Below are positions 22,313 to 34,857 of a DNA stretch of 64,000 nt, one piece after another. Position 1 is the first letter of the stretch; each line of letters starts with the position of its first letter. A program made the translations under genes and the position numbers. A model generated the notes under the pieces. The model saw only the letters and a list, made by a program, of their open reading frames with translations, searched no databases and was not told the DNA's origin. The stretch is from Blepharisma stoltei ATCC 30299 (Eukaryota; Protista; Ciliophora): NCBI GenBank assembly GCA_965603825.1, contig CBFDEM010000023.1, forward strand, positions 248,001-312,000, in the 5' to 3' direction.

Positions 22313-24334
22313 ATGGATTTGAAATTTAAGGAGTCTTGTGCAACTGATAGAGATTTTCATATGAATTCTGTAAGAACCAAGGTATCAGTTTCTCCATCAT
22401 CAACTTTGCCATCAGCTAGATGTGAAACTAACAAAAAAATCTCTAAAAAGCTCAAAGGCCTTCATAAGAAAATTTCATTATTGCAAGATATTCAAGCTTA
22501 TACCGCTTATATTGATGATCTTTCCAGATGGATAGAAGACTATTTTTTTACAAGTTTTTCATTGGAGTTATCAACGATTCCACAAGTCCCTAGAACTGAG
22601 ACGATTTTTGATATGGAGAGCTCAATGAAAATTCTTGTAAATTCTTTGGTAAAGGTAAGAAAAGAAGCTTCAGACAGATTAGCAAATCAAGAAGAAAAAT
22701 TCATGAAGTCACGAGCTCAAATTGAAGAAAACTTAAAGCAACTAAAAACTGAAATGCAAAAGTTAACATGAAATGTCCAAGATGAAAGTAAAAAACAAAT
22801 TATTGTAGAAGTGCCTATTAAAGATAATTTTTCGCTTAATCTTTGTATTGAAGAATGCGCAAAGTTAAAAAAAGAGCTTGAAGCTTCACAAGAAATCAAT
22901 GAAAATTGTAAAGGATCTATGCAGTTTTTATTGCAAGAATTTCAAAAAGAAGGGTTTGCAAGGCAAAAACAAGGAGATTTGCTAGTTGATGTGTTGTCAG
23001 ATTTAAAGAATTTCACATTAAATATTCTTAAGGAGAGAAGAGATTATATTTCACAGAATGCAAGCATGAAAATGACAGCGGAAAAAGAAAGATATGAAAG
23101 GACAAAATTTTTGACTGAATATGTAGATAGAGTTAGGGAAATTAATGAAGAAAATGATAAGTTAAAGAAAGAAATAGAAAATAAAGCAGAAGAATATGAT
23201 TATATCAATGGGAAAATTAAAGAATTTGAAGCAAAAATGGATGAAGCGAGAAATCAAATAAAGAATATAACAGAGCAAAATACACTTACAAATAAAAAAT
23301 TAGAAAATGCAAGAGTCTATATTACAATGGCATGCAGAATTATTGTTTCAGTTATTGCAAAATTCAAAAATTTACAGAGTTTGATAAGTTCTTATAAAGA
23401 AAATATCAAGGACATCCAAAAAGTTGCAAATCAATTTTCAACACCTAAAAAAGTTGAACTGCCATATTCAAAAAGGCCAAAAATATCAAAACTTAGACCA
23501 AAAATAATTGCTGTGATTGCTATGATTAGGCTAACTAATATTTTGAAGCTAAAGAGAGTAAGAATCAGCAATTTTTCTATACAAATTTTAGCATCAAAGC
23601 CCAACATTTCTGCCCTTTCACTTGAAAAAAATCCAACATTCACTATATTTTCTGACATTTTTGAGTCAACTGCTATTACTCCCTATCCAAATTATTTTTC
23701 CTCCCAGCTTTTTGACTTCAAAAAATTAAAAACAAAATTATCCGAAGCCTCAAAAAATATAAAACAATATCAAGAAGAAAATAGCAATTACGAGAAAAAA
23801 TCAGCAGTAAATGATATGAAATATTCAAATTTAAAGAAAAAATATAAAGATTTATTAAATAAATTCAATTTATTCAAGCAAGAGCTTGATAATATAAAGT
23901 CAAAAATCCCTTCCGAAAATGTATCAGATGAAAAACAGCAAAAATTGAAAAATAAATATGAAAAATTAAAAATGCAATTAGAAGTTTTAAGAACAAAATA
24001 TGCAGAAAAAGAAGAAGAAAGAAGAAAAATGAAATTAAAATTAAAAGAATTAGCAACGATAAAAAAGAAACTTATCCAAAAAGTAAAGGATTTAGAGAGC
24101 AGACAAGAAGACTTGATGAAAATAATTAAAAAGACAAAAGTTAAAAACAGAATCGTAAATCTAAATGAAGAAATATCAAATCTGAAAAAGGAATACGAAA
24201 TTATGAATAAAGAAGACGCTGGAAAAATAGCTAAAAAGACAGAAACGTCGTTGGGGGTATCAAAAAGCTCTTCTTGCAGCTTTGACCCAAATGAAAGCTT
24301 TTATTTAGAGTCATCAAGTATAGAATTAGAATAA
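22313..24334 (+). CDS. Coiled-coil protein
   Basis: Two ORFs joined in frame through TGA 22769; heptad-rich K/E composition. Confidence 0.78.
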
Positions 24335-24361
24335 TAAATTGTTTTATAATCAACACTAGCT

Positions 24362-26170
24362 TTAAAATCCAGCTCCAGCATCTAAAGACTTTTCAAGCTC
24401 CTTCAATTTGATTTGTTTAAGCCACACATTTTTATTAAAATTTTTTCCTTTCTTTATTTTTTCTTTATTCTTATCATCTTCTTCACACATAATTTTTTCT
24501 ACGTTTTTGCTGATCATGTAATCCTCTTCTCTATCTCTTTCCTTGAGCTGCCTTCTTTCTTCCAACTTTTCTATCATTTGTTTTGCAACAAACTCTTTAT
24601 TTTCTCTTTCCCTATCCATTTTAAATTTTATTTCATTTTCCAAATCTTCTTTGCTTTCTTCAGGCCCAAAATGCGTCTTTACCGGTGACATTTTCTCTAT
24701 TTTTTCTTCCTGCTTTTTTTCTATTTTTTCAGAAATTTGTTCTTCTAATTTTTTTCTATACTTTTCCAGCTTTTTCCTGTGCTTCATTTCTACATCCTCC
24801 TGATACTTTTTATCAATAATTTCTCGTTCCAGCTTCTCTTTCATCAATTTTTCATTATTTTTTTCTTTTTCAATCAATTCTTGTTCATACCTCTCCAAAG
24901 CATTTTCCATAGCTAGATCTTTTTCATAATTTTTTAAAAATCTTGGAGAATATTCATCAGGTATCATAAATTTCGGGATATCAATTCTCACTCTGGGCGA
25001 CTGAGGGCTTGATGAAAACGCTGCAAACGTAGAATTTAACGTATCTGAATGCTTTCTTAAATCCTCTCTTAGTGCTAAATTAAGTGTTTTCTGTTGTGCT
25101 TCTATTTGATCTCCATGTGTAAACGGAAAATAATCATACGTTTCACCAAGTCTTTCTTTCTTTATCTGCTTTTTCCTTTCTTTTTTCCTTTCAATTAAGC
25201 TGTTATTTTCTTCTATAAACAGTGATTTTTTTATATAGTCGCTGTACTCTTTGTCTTCTCTATCCTTTTTCATTTGATCAGTCACCGTCTTTATATACCC
25301 ATCCTCTTCTAGTTTTTTTATTTCTTTGGTTTCCTTTAATTTTTTAGCCTTTTCTCTAATTTGTTCTCTATGGATATCTAGTAAATCTTGAGGAGAAATT
25401 GCTAGATCGCAAGCCTGTCTCCTTGTGTATTTTGTTCGAAAATCGAATAAAGGATGGATTTTTCCTGTGTAAAATGCGCATGGCAAAGGAACTGTATTTT
25501 GAGGTTTATAACTTAAGCCTCTATAATAATTATTTAAATTCTTTGAAGGGCCTTGATAAATAGGATTAGGGTTTGAAGCATGCACTGACAGAGAACCAAG
25601 CCTAATATTAGTGCAGCGGCTGCTTCTTGGTGTTAAAACTGAGCTTTCTCTGCTGGTTGTGCTATCTAGCGAATAATTTGCTTTATTTTTTCTTTCAATG
25701 ATAGGTTTTCAATCAAGCAGCCCATCTCTCAGTGTCATAAGTCCAATTTTAAAATTAAGTTTGATTGAGTTGCCTTGCCTAACGAGCTCTAATATATGTG
25801 ACACTATTTCTTGCATGCACTTTTGGGCTTGATCTCTATTGAGATCACATACATATGCAATTGCAGAATAACTTATGTGTTGGTCCAATCGTTTATCTTT
25901 GCTTTCATTGGAAAACAAGTCTAAGTTCTTGTATGTGAAGTTCCCTGAAGTGATAAATTTAGGCGAAGGAAGGTACATGACTCCTAATGACTCTGAGGAA
26001 ATAAAGCGACCAAATTCACAACTTACATTTAATCCTTTGTTTATGTTGCTTCTGATGAATTTTGTATACCCGCTCCACACTTTATAAAGCGTCTTATAGC
26101 TTTCGTTCCTGGAAATGACCTTTGGCGATTTTTCAGCTGATTTGAAGACATCGACTTCAGATAACTGCAT
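24362..26170 (-). CDS. CCDC81-like protein (N-terminal HU-like domains + coiled coil)
   Basis: VWSGYTKFIRSNINKGLNVSCEFGRF and ISYSAIAYVCDLNRD..IKLNFKIGLM; joined to the coiled-coil ORF via TGA 25709. Confidence 0.68.
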
Positions 26171-26217
26171 TTATAAATGGGTTTACAGCAACTTATGTAA
26201 AATTACTATTATGTGTA

Positions 26218-27159
26218 TTAAAGTAAAGGGAAATTCTTTGCTTCCTCATCAACCATCTTTTCTAAGTCATCAATTGAAGCTGCTCTTAATCGATTAATTT
26301 GTTTATCCATCATCTGCACATAGCCTGGCCCATAAATAAAGGTAAAGATAGGCCTAGTAAAAAAACGAAGGTCTATATGTGATCCTAAATATCCTAAAGG
26401 GCTATTGACTGAGGTAAATTTATAAAATGCTTTTCAGTCACGAAGCCACCAATCCATATTAATAAGAACTCTAGAATATCTTGTCCTCTTCCAGGTATAA
26501 TCATATGCGTGAAATCCTGCCAGCATGATTAAAAACATGATATAAATGAATTTCCTGCTACGCTCATAAAGCACATGTGTGGGGATTTGTATTTCCCATT
26601 GCTTGTATTTTTTAAGCGCTGTTGAAAAATAAAACATATAATAGTCATAATTCGGGTCCTTTGGGTTTACGCTTCATAAGGGGTCATATAGCTGGATTTC
26701 GACTTTTGATTGTAAAACATATCGGTGCCACTCGCGCATTCTCATACGATAATGGTCCATATAAGGAGGAAATTTTACGAAGTCCTCGTATTCCCATCAG
26801 TTTTCGAGAGTGGTAAAGGTTACAGGAAGGTGTTTTTTGATGTCTTCATCTTTTATTAGTGCTTTCTTATCATTAATAAGCCCTCTAAAACTTCTCATGT
26901 TGGGGTATTCTGGTGGCAGCTCTACTGGACTATAAGAAAGCTGCTCGTAGACTTCTTCTGATGTAGGGATTAGGAATTTCTTTTCTTCATAAGGGTTAAG
27001 GAAACTATTAAAATCGTAGTTTATGAGATCTGATTCAGTCTTTTGGTGGTACTTGATAAGGCTGGTTGCTGTGTTTGAAATTGCAGGAAGGTTTGTGTTA
27101 AGTGAAGGCTCTATGTAGTGGTCTAATAGTTTCCCATAGAGCTTATATCGAGTTGTCAT
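26218..27159 (-). CDS. Aromatic-rich single-TM protein (313 aa), function unknown
   Basis: One continuous frame across three TGAs to TAA 26218; TM segment FIYIMFLIMLAGFHAY. Confidence 0.78.
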
Positions 27160-27233
27160 TTAGAAATTATCAATAAAAATAACAAATATTTTTAACAAAA
27201 CATGGCAATTTAATTTGAAAATATTAGAATACA

Positions 27234-28265
27234 TTAAAAGGAGTTGCTATGAGGGTCATTGTCGTTCGCTATTTCTTCCCATTTTCGGTTTAGTTCATTT
27301 CTTGGAGTGTTCATGTCGCTGACTGAAGGAGGGTTTTCGAGCTCTTTATCATCTTCTTTGATATCTCTTGAAATTGAAGGGATTTCAAAAGAGTTGTCAA
27401 TAGGCATTATCCTCTTGCTATAGCCAGATTTTTCTTGTGTTCTTGTCATATCAAGGTTGTAATCAGGATTTTCTATATAAGGCTCGTATAGCTCTTCTAA
27501 GTGGACTTCTTCTGAATTATTCCGCTGGTGGCTTAAGTTGATTTCAGAAACTTTGTATTTGTTTACGTCTCGTCTTCTCATTAATATATATTCATATGTC
27601 GTCATGTTCTTGAACTTAAGCCAAATATGAAATAATATTAGCTGCCCATTGCATATACCTACAATTCCACAAAGAATTATAATTAGCACCACAATAGAAA
27701 AATAAAAATACATTGATTGGTCACTCAATTGCAATTTTTCTTCGATTCTTTTGGAGTCTTCGCTTGAAGTCACTGTTTGTTGGCAAACAATAGAACTTGC
27801 TGAGATTATTGTGACGACTAAAATTTGTACACATAAGATTAGATTGAAAAATACTCGATAATTTACGTCGCCGATACAGTTGTTAACTCAAGTGCAGTGA
27901 TGGTCAAAATTATTTACACACCTTTGACAACGCCGGCAGTGCTTACTGTTCCCACTTACATACTTATCGCAGATTTTGCAAATTTTGGGGTATTTTTTGT
28001 TATTTTTTGCTGATTCAGGCTTGGATTGGCTTGTAGCGTCGATTTCTTTTAATGCAGGATCGCTTGGATCTAAATATGTGCATATAAATCCAAATATTAA
28101 AACTGAGGTAAGGGACATTGCAAATAAACAGCAAAAAACCACGCTGTTTGTATCTGCAAAGGATGGGAGAACTAAAATGCTGAATAAAATGGAAATAATT
28201 GCTAGCAAAATTCAGGCTATGATTTGATGTTTATGATATGGTTTGCAAAATCCATTTCTTTTCAT
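27234..28265 (-). CDS. DHHC palmitoyltransferase (ZDHHC1/11-like)
   Basis: MKRNGFCKPYHKHQIIAW; SKHCRRCQRCVNNFDHHCT[TGA]VNNCIG; TTYEY. Confidence 0.92.
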
Positions 28266-28705
28266 AATATTTAAATAAAAAATTAAAATTACTTTCAAGT
28301 GGTTTGCCTGTGTGACATTAATCAGCCTTTAATCATGAAAAAATCTCCAAATTCACTTTTACTTTCCTTACAATTTTTATTTTATATTAAAAAATATTGA
28401 GATAAAGCATTCAGCCTGATTTTTTTATCTATATTTAAATTTAAAATAAAGATACTCAATTTATAATTCCATAATTCTTCTACACTTATTGCATTTCAAA
28501 TCTCTTAAAAAATGAAAGAGTTTCAAAATTTCCTCCTCTATCTGATCACTCCTTATAATGAAACGTCAGCTTATTTTCGAAACTCCTTCTTTTTAATATT
28601 TTTCCTAATAAATTCCTAAATAATCCTACTAAATTTTACCCACTCTTATTTAAAACTATTTCATTATCCCAAAGTTTCACATTTTCTTATGCCTTTATAA
28701 TAAAA

Positions 28706-29362
28706 ATGCGTCTATTCGGCAAGAAAAAGAAAAAGCAAATGAGCCAAGAAGAAGTCCTCAAAACAATGGAAGGACTCCGTAAAACCCTCGAAGATATTGA
28801 TAAGCGAGGAAATCTACTTCAAAACAAAGCCCAGAACGAGCTCCAACAAGCCCTTCAAAGGAAAAAAGTTGGCGATCGAAGCGGAGCCTTAATTTGTCTC
28901 AAGCGCAAAAAAATGTATGAAAGCGAGGTAGCCAAACTTGAAGGATCCCGTATGAACTTGGAACAGCAACTGTTCGCCATTGAAGGAGCAAGTATGAACA
29001 AAAATATTTTTGACTCACTGAAAACGGGTAACCAAGTCTTAAAAGATGTCCATGGGGAAATAAAAATTGAAGACGTCGACAGGCTAAAAGATGATATGGA
29101 AGAACAGCAAGATTTATTGCAGGAGATGAATGAAGCCATATCACAGCCAATTGGAATTTTGTCGACAATGGATGAAGATGAGCTTATGGACGAATTAGAC
29201 CAATTAGAAGCTAAGGAATACGAAAAAGACATGCTTGAGGCACAAGCTGGGCCAGCTCTGCAGAACAGAAATAATGTTATTCAAAGAGAGCCTGTGCCTG
29301 CTCAACAAGTAAGTGCAGCGAACGATTTAGACGAACTTTATAACCAAATGCAGATGAGCTAA
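28706..29362 (+). CDS. SNF7: ESCRT-III subunit SNF7/VPS32/CHMP4
   Basis: MRLFGKKK, ALICLKRKKMYE, NLEQQLFAIEGA, EAISQPIG..DEDELMDELDQLE. Confidence 0.93.
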   Translation: MRLFGKKKKKQMSQEEVLKTMEGLRKTLEDIDKRGNLLQNKAQNELQQALQRKKVGDRSGALICLKRKKMYESEVAKLEGSRMNLEQQLFAIEGASMNKNIFDSLKTGNQVLKDVHGEIKIEDVDRLKDDMEEQQDLLQEMNEAISQPIGILSTMDEDELMDELDQLEAKEYEKDMLEAQAGPALQNRNNVIQREPVPAQQVSAANDLDELYNQMQMS

Positions 29363-29384
29363 ATAAACTTTCATGGTAAAATTG

Positions 29385-31496
29385 TTATGTATATTTCATA
29401 GAAATCACACCTAGGGCTGTTTTCATTTTTTGTTTTGTAGGTTTTAGTGACTTTAAAAGGCTATTGACGCCGTTTTCAATTGAAGAAATCCTTGCCTTTA
29501 AGTGATTAAAAGAATCACTATTCGCCTGAATCGTGTCTTCAAACATCCCAAGACGATCACGAACTACTACAGTAGAAACTCGTCGTGATTTTCGGTGGTT
29601 AAAGTTCCCTTTGGTTTCAAGATGCCGAGGTATTCCTTCTGCTCTACCTAGGTTTATAAGTGCGGATAATTCTTCTTTTGCTTTTGTGTTCCTTAACCAT
29701 CGTTCTTTGGCAATTTTTGTTAGCTTTTTCTGTTGATCAGGAAAGTCTTTTAAAATTTTAAGAAAATCATGCTTAGAAATGACCAAAAATTCTGATAGAC
29801 CAGCAGCCTGGGCGTTATTGTCTCTTATGGACCGTTTCGTAAGGATTTCAATTTCTCCAATATATGAGCCTTTAAGAAACGATTTATAGCAAATTCCATT
29901 ATTTTCTAATACAAGATTTACTCTACCTTTTACAATAAAAAATACTTCATCTGGAAAAGTGCCTTCTCGATATAAAAAGTCGCAATCTTTGTGCTGCAAA
30001 GGCTTTAGCAGCGGCATTATTGAAATAATAAAAGAAGGGTCTTGGTCTCTGAAGAAAATTAGGTCTTTAACAATCCCGCTGTACATGGTAGCACTGACTT
30101 CGTATCGTAAGGATTTTGGAAGCTCTTTAAATAGAGAATGCTTATCACTTCATACAGTCCCAACTTTGCTTGTGTTGTATTTAATTATTTCTCTTATTTT
30201 CGATTTATTTTCTGCAGAAATCCCAGTTTCATTTGCAAATTCATGGATTGCTGCTAATTTTGCTGCCAAAATTGACTCCTTTGTATCGATTTCTGACAGG
30301 AATGAAGAAAGCGCACCTATAGTAAAAGAATAGAACCCAATGCCTATTAGCATCCAAATCATAGCCAGCAACTGTTCTAGTTCTGTTCTAGCTGCAATAT
30401 CTCCATAACCTACTGTAGTAACTGTTGTCATTGCCCAGTAAATGCTTGCTATATACTTTTCTCATACAGTTTTATCAATATATCCACATCTAGTCACCCA
30501 AGTATCAGGATCAAAATTGTTTATTTTCGCCATAAAGAACCATAAGCAGCCCATTATGTGCACACACAGACAAACTGAAACCAAAAACGTCATCAGCTTG
30601 TAAAATCGAGAATTTAGCTGCATCATGTCTTGGATTTTGTCAGCTAAATCATGCTTTTTGTAGTGTTTTAAAGCTTTGGCAATTCTTATGACTCGTAAAA
30701 GCTTGTAAAGCCGGGGAATTCTTAATAACTTGGCAAGGTTGTTAGAGCGAGTTGTGTTTCCGCCTCCACCCATCCAATAATCAATTAGTGTATAAGGAAC
30801 ACTAGAAACTGCATCAATAATAAACCAAGTTTTCAAGTAATGCCATATTATATATTTTATATCTGCATGTAGAGTTCCTTCATAGCTATGGACTCCACTA
30901 ATAAAGCTAAAACACATATCAATTATAAATAGTAAATCAATCATAATTTCTATAGTAGTTCATACATCGAAAAATTTTAACTCGGCAAATGCAAGTCGAA
31001 AAGGCATAACAATAGCTGTATATAGCAAAAAAAGAGTCAGAATCATGTCTCATGACCTTTTAAATTTTCCATCAGGATCTATTATATACCACGGAATTAA
31101 TTTTTCGTCACGGTCTCATTTTTTTACCCTAAAGTCTTCTTCTTTGTCAACTTTTTTCTGGAGAATTGAATCAAGGTTCTGTTTGAATTTTTTGTCTTGA
31201 TCGAAAACTTCGTTTGAGGTGCCGAAAAGCATAAGCTCTCTTTTGAATTTTTCTAGAATTCGTTGGATTCTTATAATAAAAAATGCTCTTTGCCACAGCT
31301 TCTTGGCATGTGAAGAATATCATGGGGTAACATTGGAATTTGTATTAGTGAAGCTTGGATTTTTAAACCAGCTTTGATTCACAGGAGATCTGTTTTTCAT
31401 TGAAATTTCACCTGAAAGTAGTCCATCTAGATCATAGTTTTCGGTAGGAACTGTTGGACATTCAGTTAATAAAGGAATTATTTTTACTCTTGACAT
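29385..31496 (-). CDS. Voltage-gated K+ channel with cyclic-nucleotide-binding domain (EAG/HCN-like)
   Basis: S4 LLRIPRLYKLLRVIRI, pore TTVGYGD, CNBD VFFIVKGRV..GSYIGEIE; several TGA=W. Confidence 0.92.
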
Positions 31497-31510
31497 ATTT
31501 ATTAAAAAAT

Positions 31511-34180
31511 TTATCTCTTTGCCCTGAGCTTCTCTATTTCTTGAAAGTATAAAGCTTCATCTATTACGCAGAGCCCAGTGTGATCTACTCGGTCAGCAGG
31601 ATCTCCATATCTTTTGACATTGGTGACAATTTTTTCCTCAGTTAGTTGTCTTCTTGTCAACAAATTTTGTGGCTCAAATCTTCTTCGCTCATATATTAAA
31701 GGCAATTTTTGAGTGATAACTTCTTTATACCCTTCTTGGATTGCTACAGACAATGGGGATGGCGGTCTTTTCTGGATCCTTGGCCTAGATAGCGACCTTA
31801 TATTATTTTTTTTAGTTTTTCTCTTATTTGTGGGTTTCTTCTTAAAAGATCTTTTTTCTGATTTGTCACGCATTTTTGGGTTAAAGCTTTTAGCTGTATT
31901 GTGATAAGAATTAAGAACTTTATTTCAATATTCTGGTGTAACAGCATGCTCTTCTTGGAAATACTTAGACTCTCTTCTGGATAGCTCATTATCTATATTT
32001 AATTCTAAATCATCTGATGACCCGTCTTCACTTCCACTTTCTGCTTTCTTTATTGCTTCATTATTTGAATCTTTAAAATAATCCTCTGGAAGAATTTCTT
32101 CTTCTTCCTCCTCAGTCGATAGATTATAGCTGCAAAGGTTTACTATAGAAATAACTGATCCTGTAGCTGCTAATAAGGATTTTTGATCAAGAAATAGTAA
32201 TGATTTTACACGTTGTGGAAAAATTATTTCTTGAATTAATTGATTGCTAAAATTTCATAAACGAATTTTTTGATTATTTGCTGCTGTTAAAAAAATTTGG
32301 AAATCTTCAATGAGATCAATTGACAGAACTGCAGAATCTGCATCTGGGACTTTATTTGTCAGTCTATAGAGACTTTTATTTTCAATTCGAAGCAGCTCAG
32401 ATTGCCCTGATTCGAAGCCTAAAAATATTTTTGATGGCGATAAAGCTCTAAATGTGCTCAAATTTCTTCTAATATCAATTTTCTTAGCTTTTTGTAACTG
32501 ATTTTCACTGAAAAATGAAATTAATAAAATATTACCTGCACATAGAGTAATTAAATACCCAGGAAGTTCTTCTATCATTAGTATAACTTCTCTATGGAGA
32601 ATATATCTTCCATATATAGAATCCAGATTTTCAACCTGCATAAATAGCAAAGCTCCTTTCCCAACTGACATTGCTGCAAACTTGTGAGGATTTCTTGCTG
32701 CATGGGATTCAAAAAAATCAAGATCGTCTTTTAGCTTTTTTTTAATTGCGAGCTCACAGTCATAATGTGGAGGTTTTACATTCAAAGGTTTAAAAGCTTT
32801 AACTGGAGCTAGAACAGCTCGATTTTCAGAATCTTTTATATCTCCAGTGTATATAATTTTTTCAAGCAGGCCTGTTTCTCCTTCATATCGAAAAATGCAC
32901 ATTGAGCCTGAATAAAGTAATAAAAGAACCCTATCAATTTCTTTTATATAAAACATCTCTTTTACATCATTTGCTGTTGGAGGAGGATAAATCGTTGTTA
33001 CTAGCTTTCCAGTCAAATCATATAAAATTACGCTATTGTCCTCACTTAAAACTCCTATGAATTTGTTTATTCACTTAATTTCTTTTACTGCACTTTTTGA
33101 TATTGCAAAAAAATCACCTACAAGATTGATCCTGGAAATGCTTAATTTGTTTCCAGTGTACGTCGCTAAAGTGTTTGAGTCAATAAATGATATAAAATTA
33201 ATAGGATTTGTAGGGCTTGAATGAGTTTTAAAAGTATAAATTAAATGAAAATGCTCAATACTCCATATTTTCATAGTGCAGTCAATAGATGCACTTAAAA
33301 ATAAATTAGGATTTGAATGGGCTGCTAAGGCTAAAATTGACCGATTATGTCCATCAAAGGTATGGATTGGCTTTGATCTTGACCCTAATTTATATACAAA
33401 AATTTGGCCTTCACTTGTGGCACATACACAGTATCCTTGTGGTGGGCAATATAAAGTGTCTGTAATCAATGTTCCAGGGCATAGATCGTCAGCTTGATTT
33501 TGTAGGTCATAAGTTCCTAAACTGAGCACAGCAATTGAGCTTTCGCTCCAGACAGAAAGCCTCTCGAATTTTTTATCAATTCGCATCCCTTTCATCCAAT
33601 TCATCTGTAAATCAATGCTTTTTATTAGCTCTATCTCGAACTTTACAAATCCTCCACCAGGGTCTAATAAGAGTCCTTTTTCTATATCATATTTGCTTTC
33701 ACATATAAGCTTCATAACTGTTATATTAGAAATTCCACATAAAATTAGATGGTTTGAGGAATGAATATATGTGACATGCTGAATCCTTCCTGGGCCTAGA
33801 GTTTCCATTCTTCATATTTCAAATAGATCAGACAGCAAAAATAGCCTGAAATCTGTACTGATTACAACAAAAACGTGGTAAGGCTCAATATAAGTAAAAC
33901 AGCAGCATGCGTGAACTCGTAAAATATCAAAGAAAGTGCAAGTATTTTTAAGAGTGCCAAAGCTATCAAATAAATAAAGAGATTTTTCATCGAAAGAAGC
34001 ATAAAGGTTGTAGTTACGAATTCATTCGATTCTTCGAGGAGTAAATTGATGCTTAGTAAAAGAAGTTTCGGGGATAAGCCCAAAGACTTGCTCTGGAGAT
34101 TTTTGGGGTCTTCTTGGCTGGGATTTGTATGAGTTGATACAATCATGACGAGTTAAAGACTTTTTCTCCGGCCTGCTCAT
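31511..34180 (-). CDS. WD40-repeat protein (889 aa)
   Basis: GHNRSILALAAH..FLSASIDCTMKIW and KIRL[TGA]N; three ORFs share one frame from ATG 34180. Confidence 0.82.
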
Positions 34181-34857
34181 TTTTAACTTAAATTATTACT
34201 TTTAATCATATGAATAATGCAAATTTGTCCTTTTTGGCAAAAATTGTGCTTTGTGGTTTAAAATATTTTGATTCATTTAATTTTTATTTACTGTTAATTT
34301 TTTAAAATGATAATTAGTTAAAATTATATTAATGATGATGACATTTTAGTAATAATTAATGGGAATTATTTTGAATGTTCCTGGTAGGTAAGTTTTGACT
34401 ATTGTCAAACACTTTTAGATAAGGATTAGCAATCAGATGCCACTATATTTTTTCTATTTCTATAATAAAGCTGAAATGTATTTAACACAACAGATTTCGA
34501 AAACTCCTAATCTGAGAAACTATTAATGACTTACTAGCCATGATAAAAAATTTTAAAAACTCTCAATTTTATTGCTTAATGAGCTATAGGCTTTTTAGAT
34601 ACTTCTAATATAAGAACAATTATTATATACTTATTGCATAGTGACGTGATCATATTAATAACTACAACCATTTTTATATTTTTGCATTTACTTACAAATC
34701 ACCACATTCCAAGATTTTAGAATTTCTTAGAAAAATAAATAGCCTCTAGAGTAATGAGCATTTTTATTTTCTAGATTTTTCTTAAATCAATGTTAAATAA
34801 ACAAATAATATAATCATATTAATCTGAATTGAGAATAATGTTTAGTTATTTATAATC

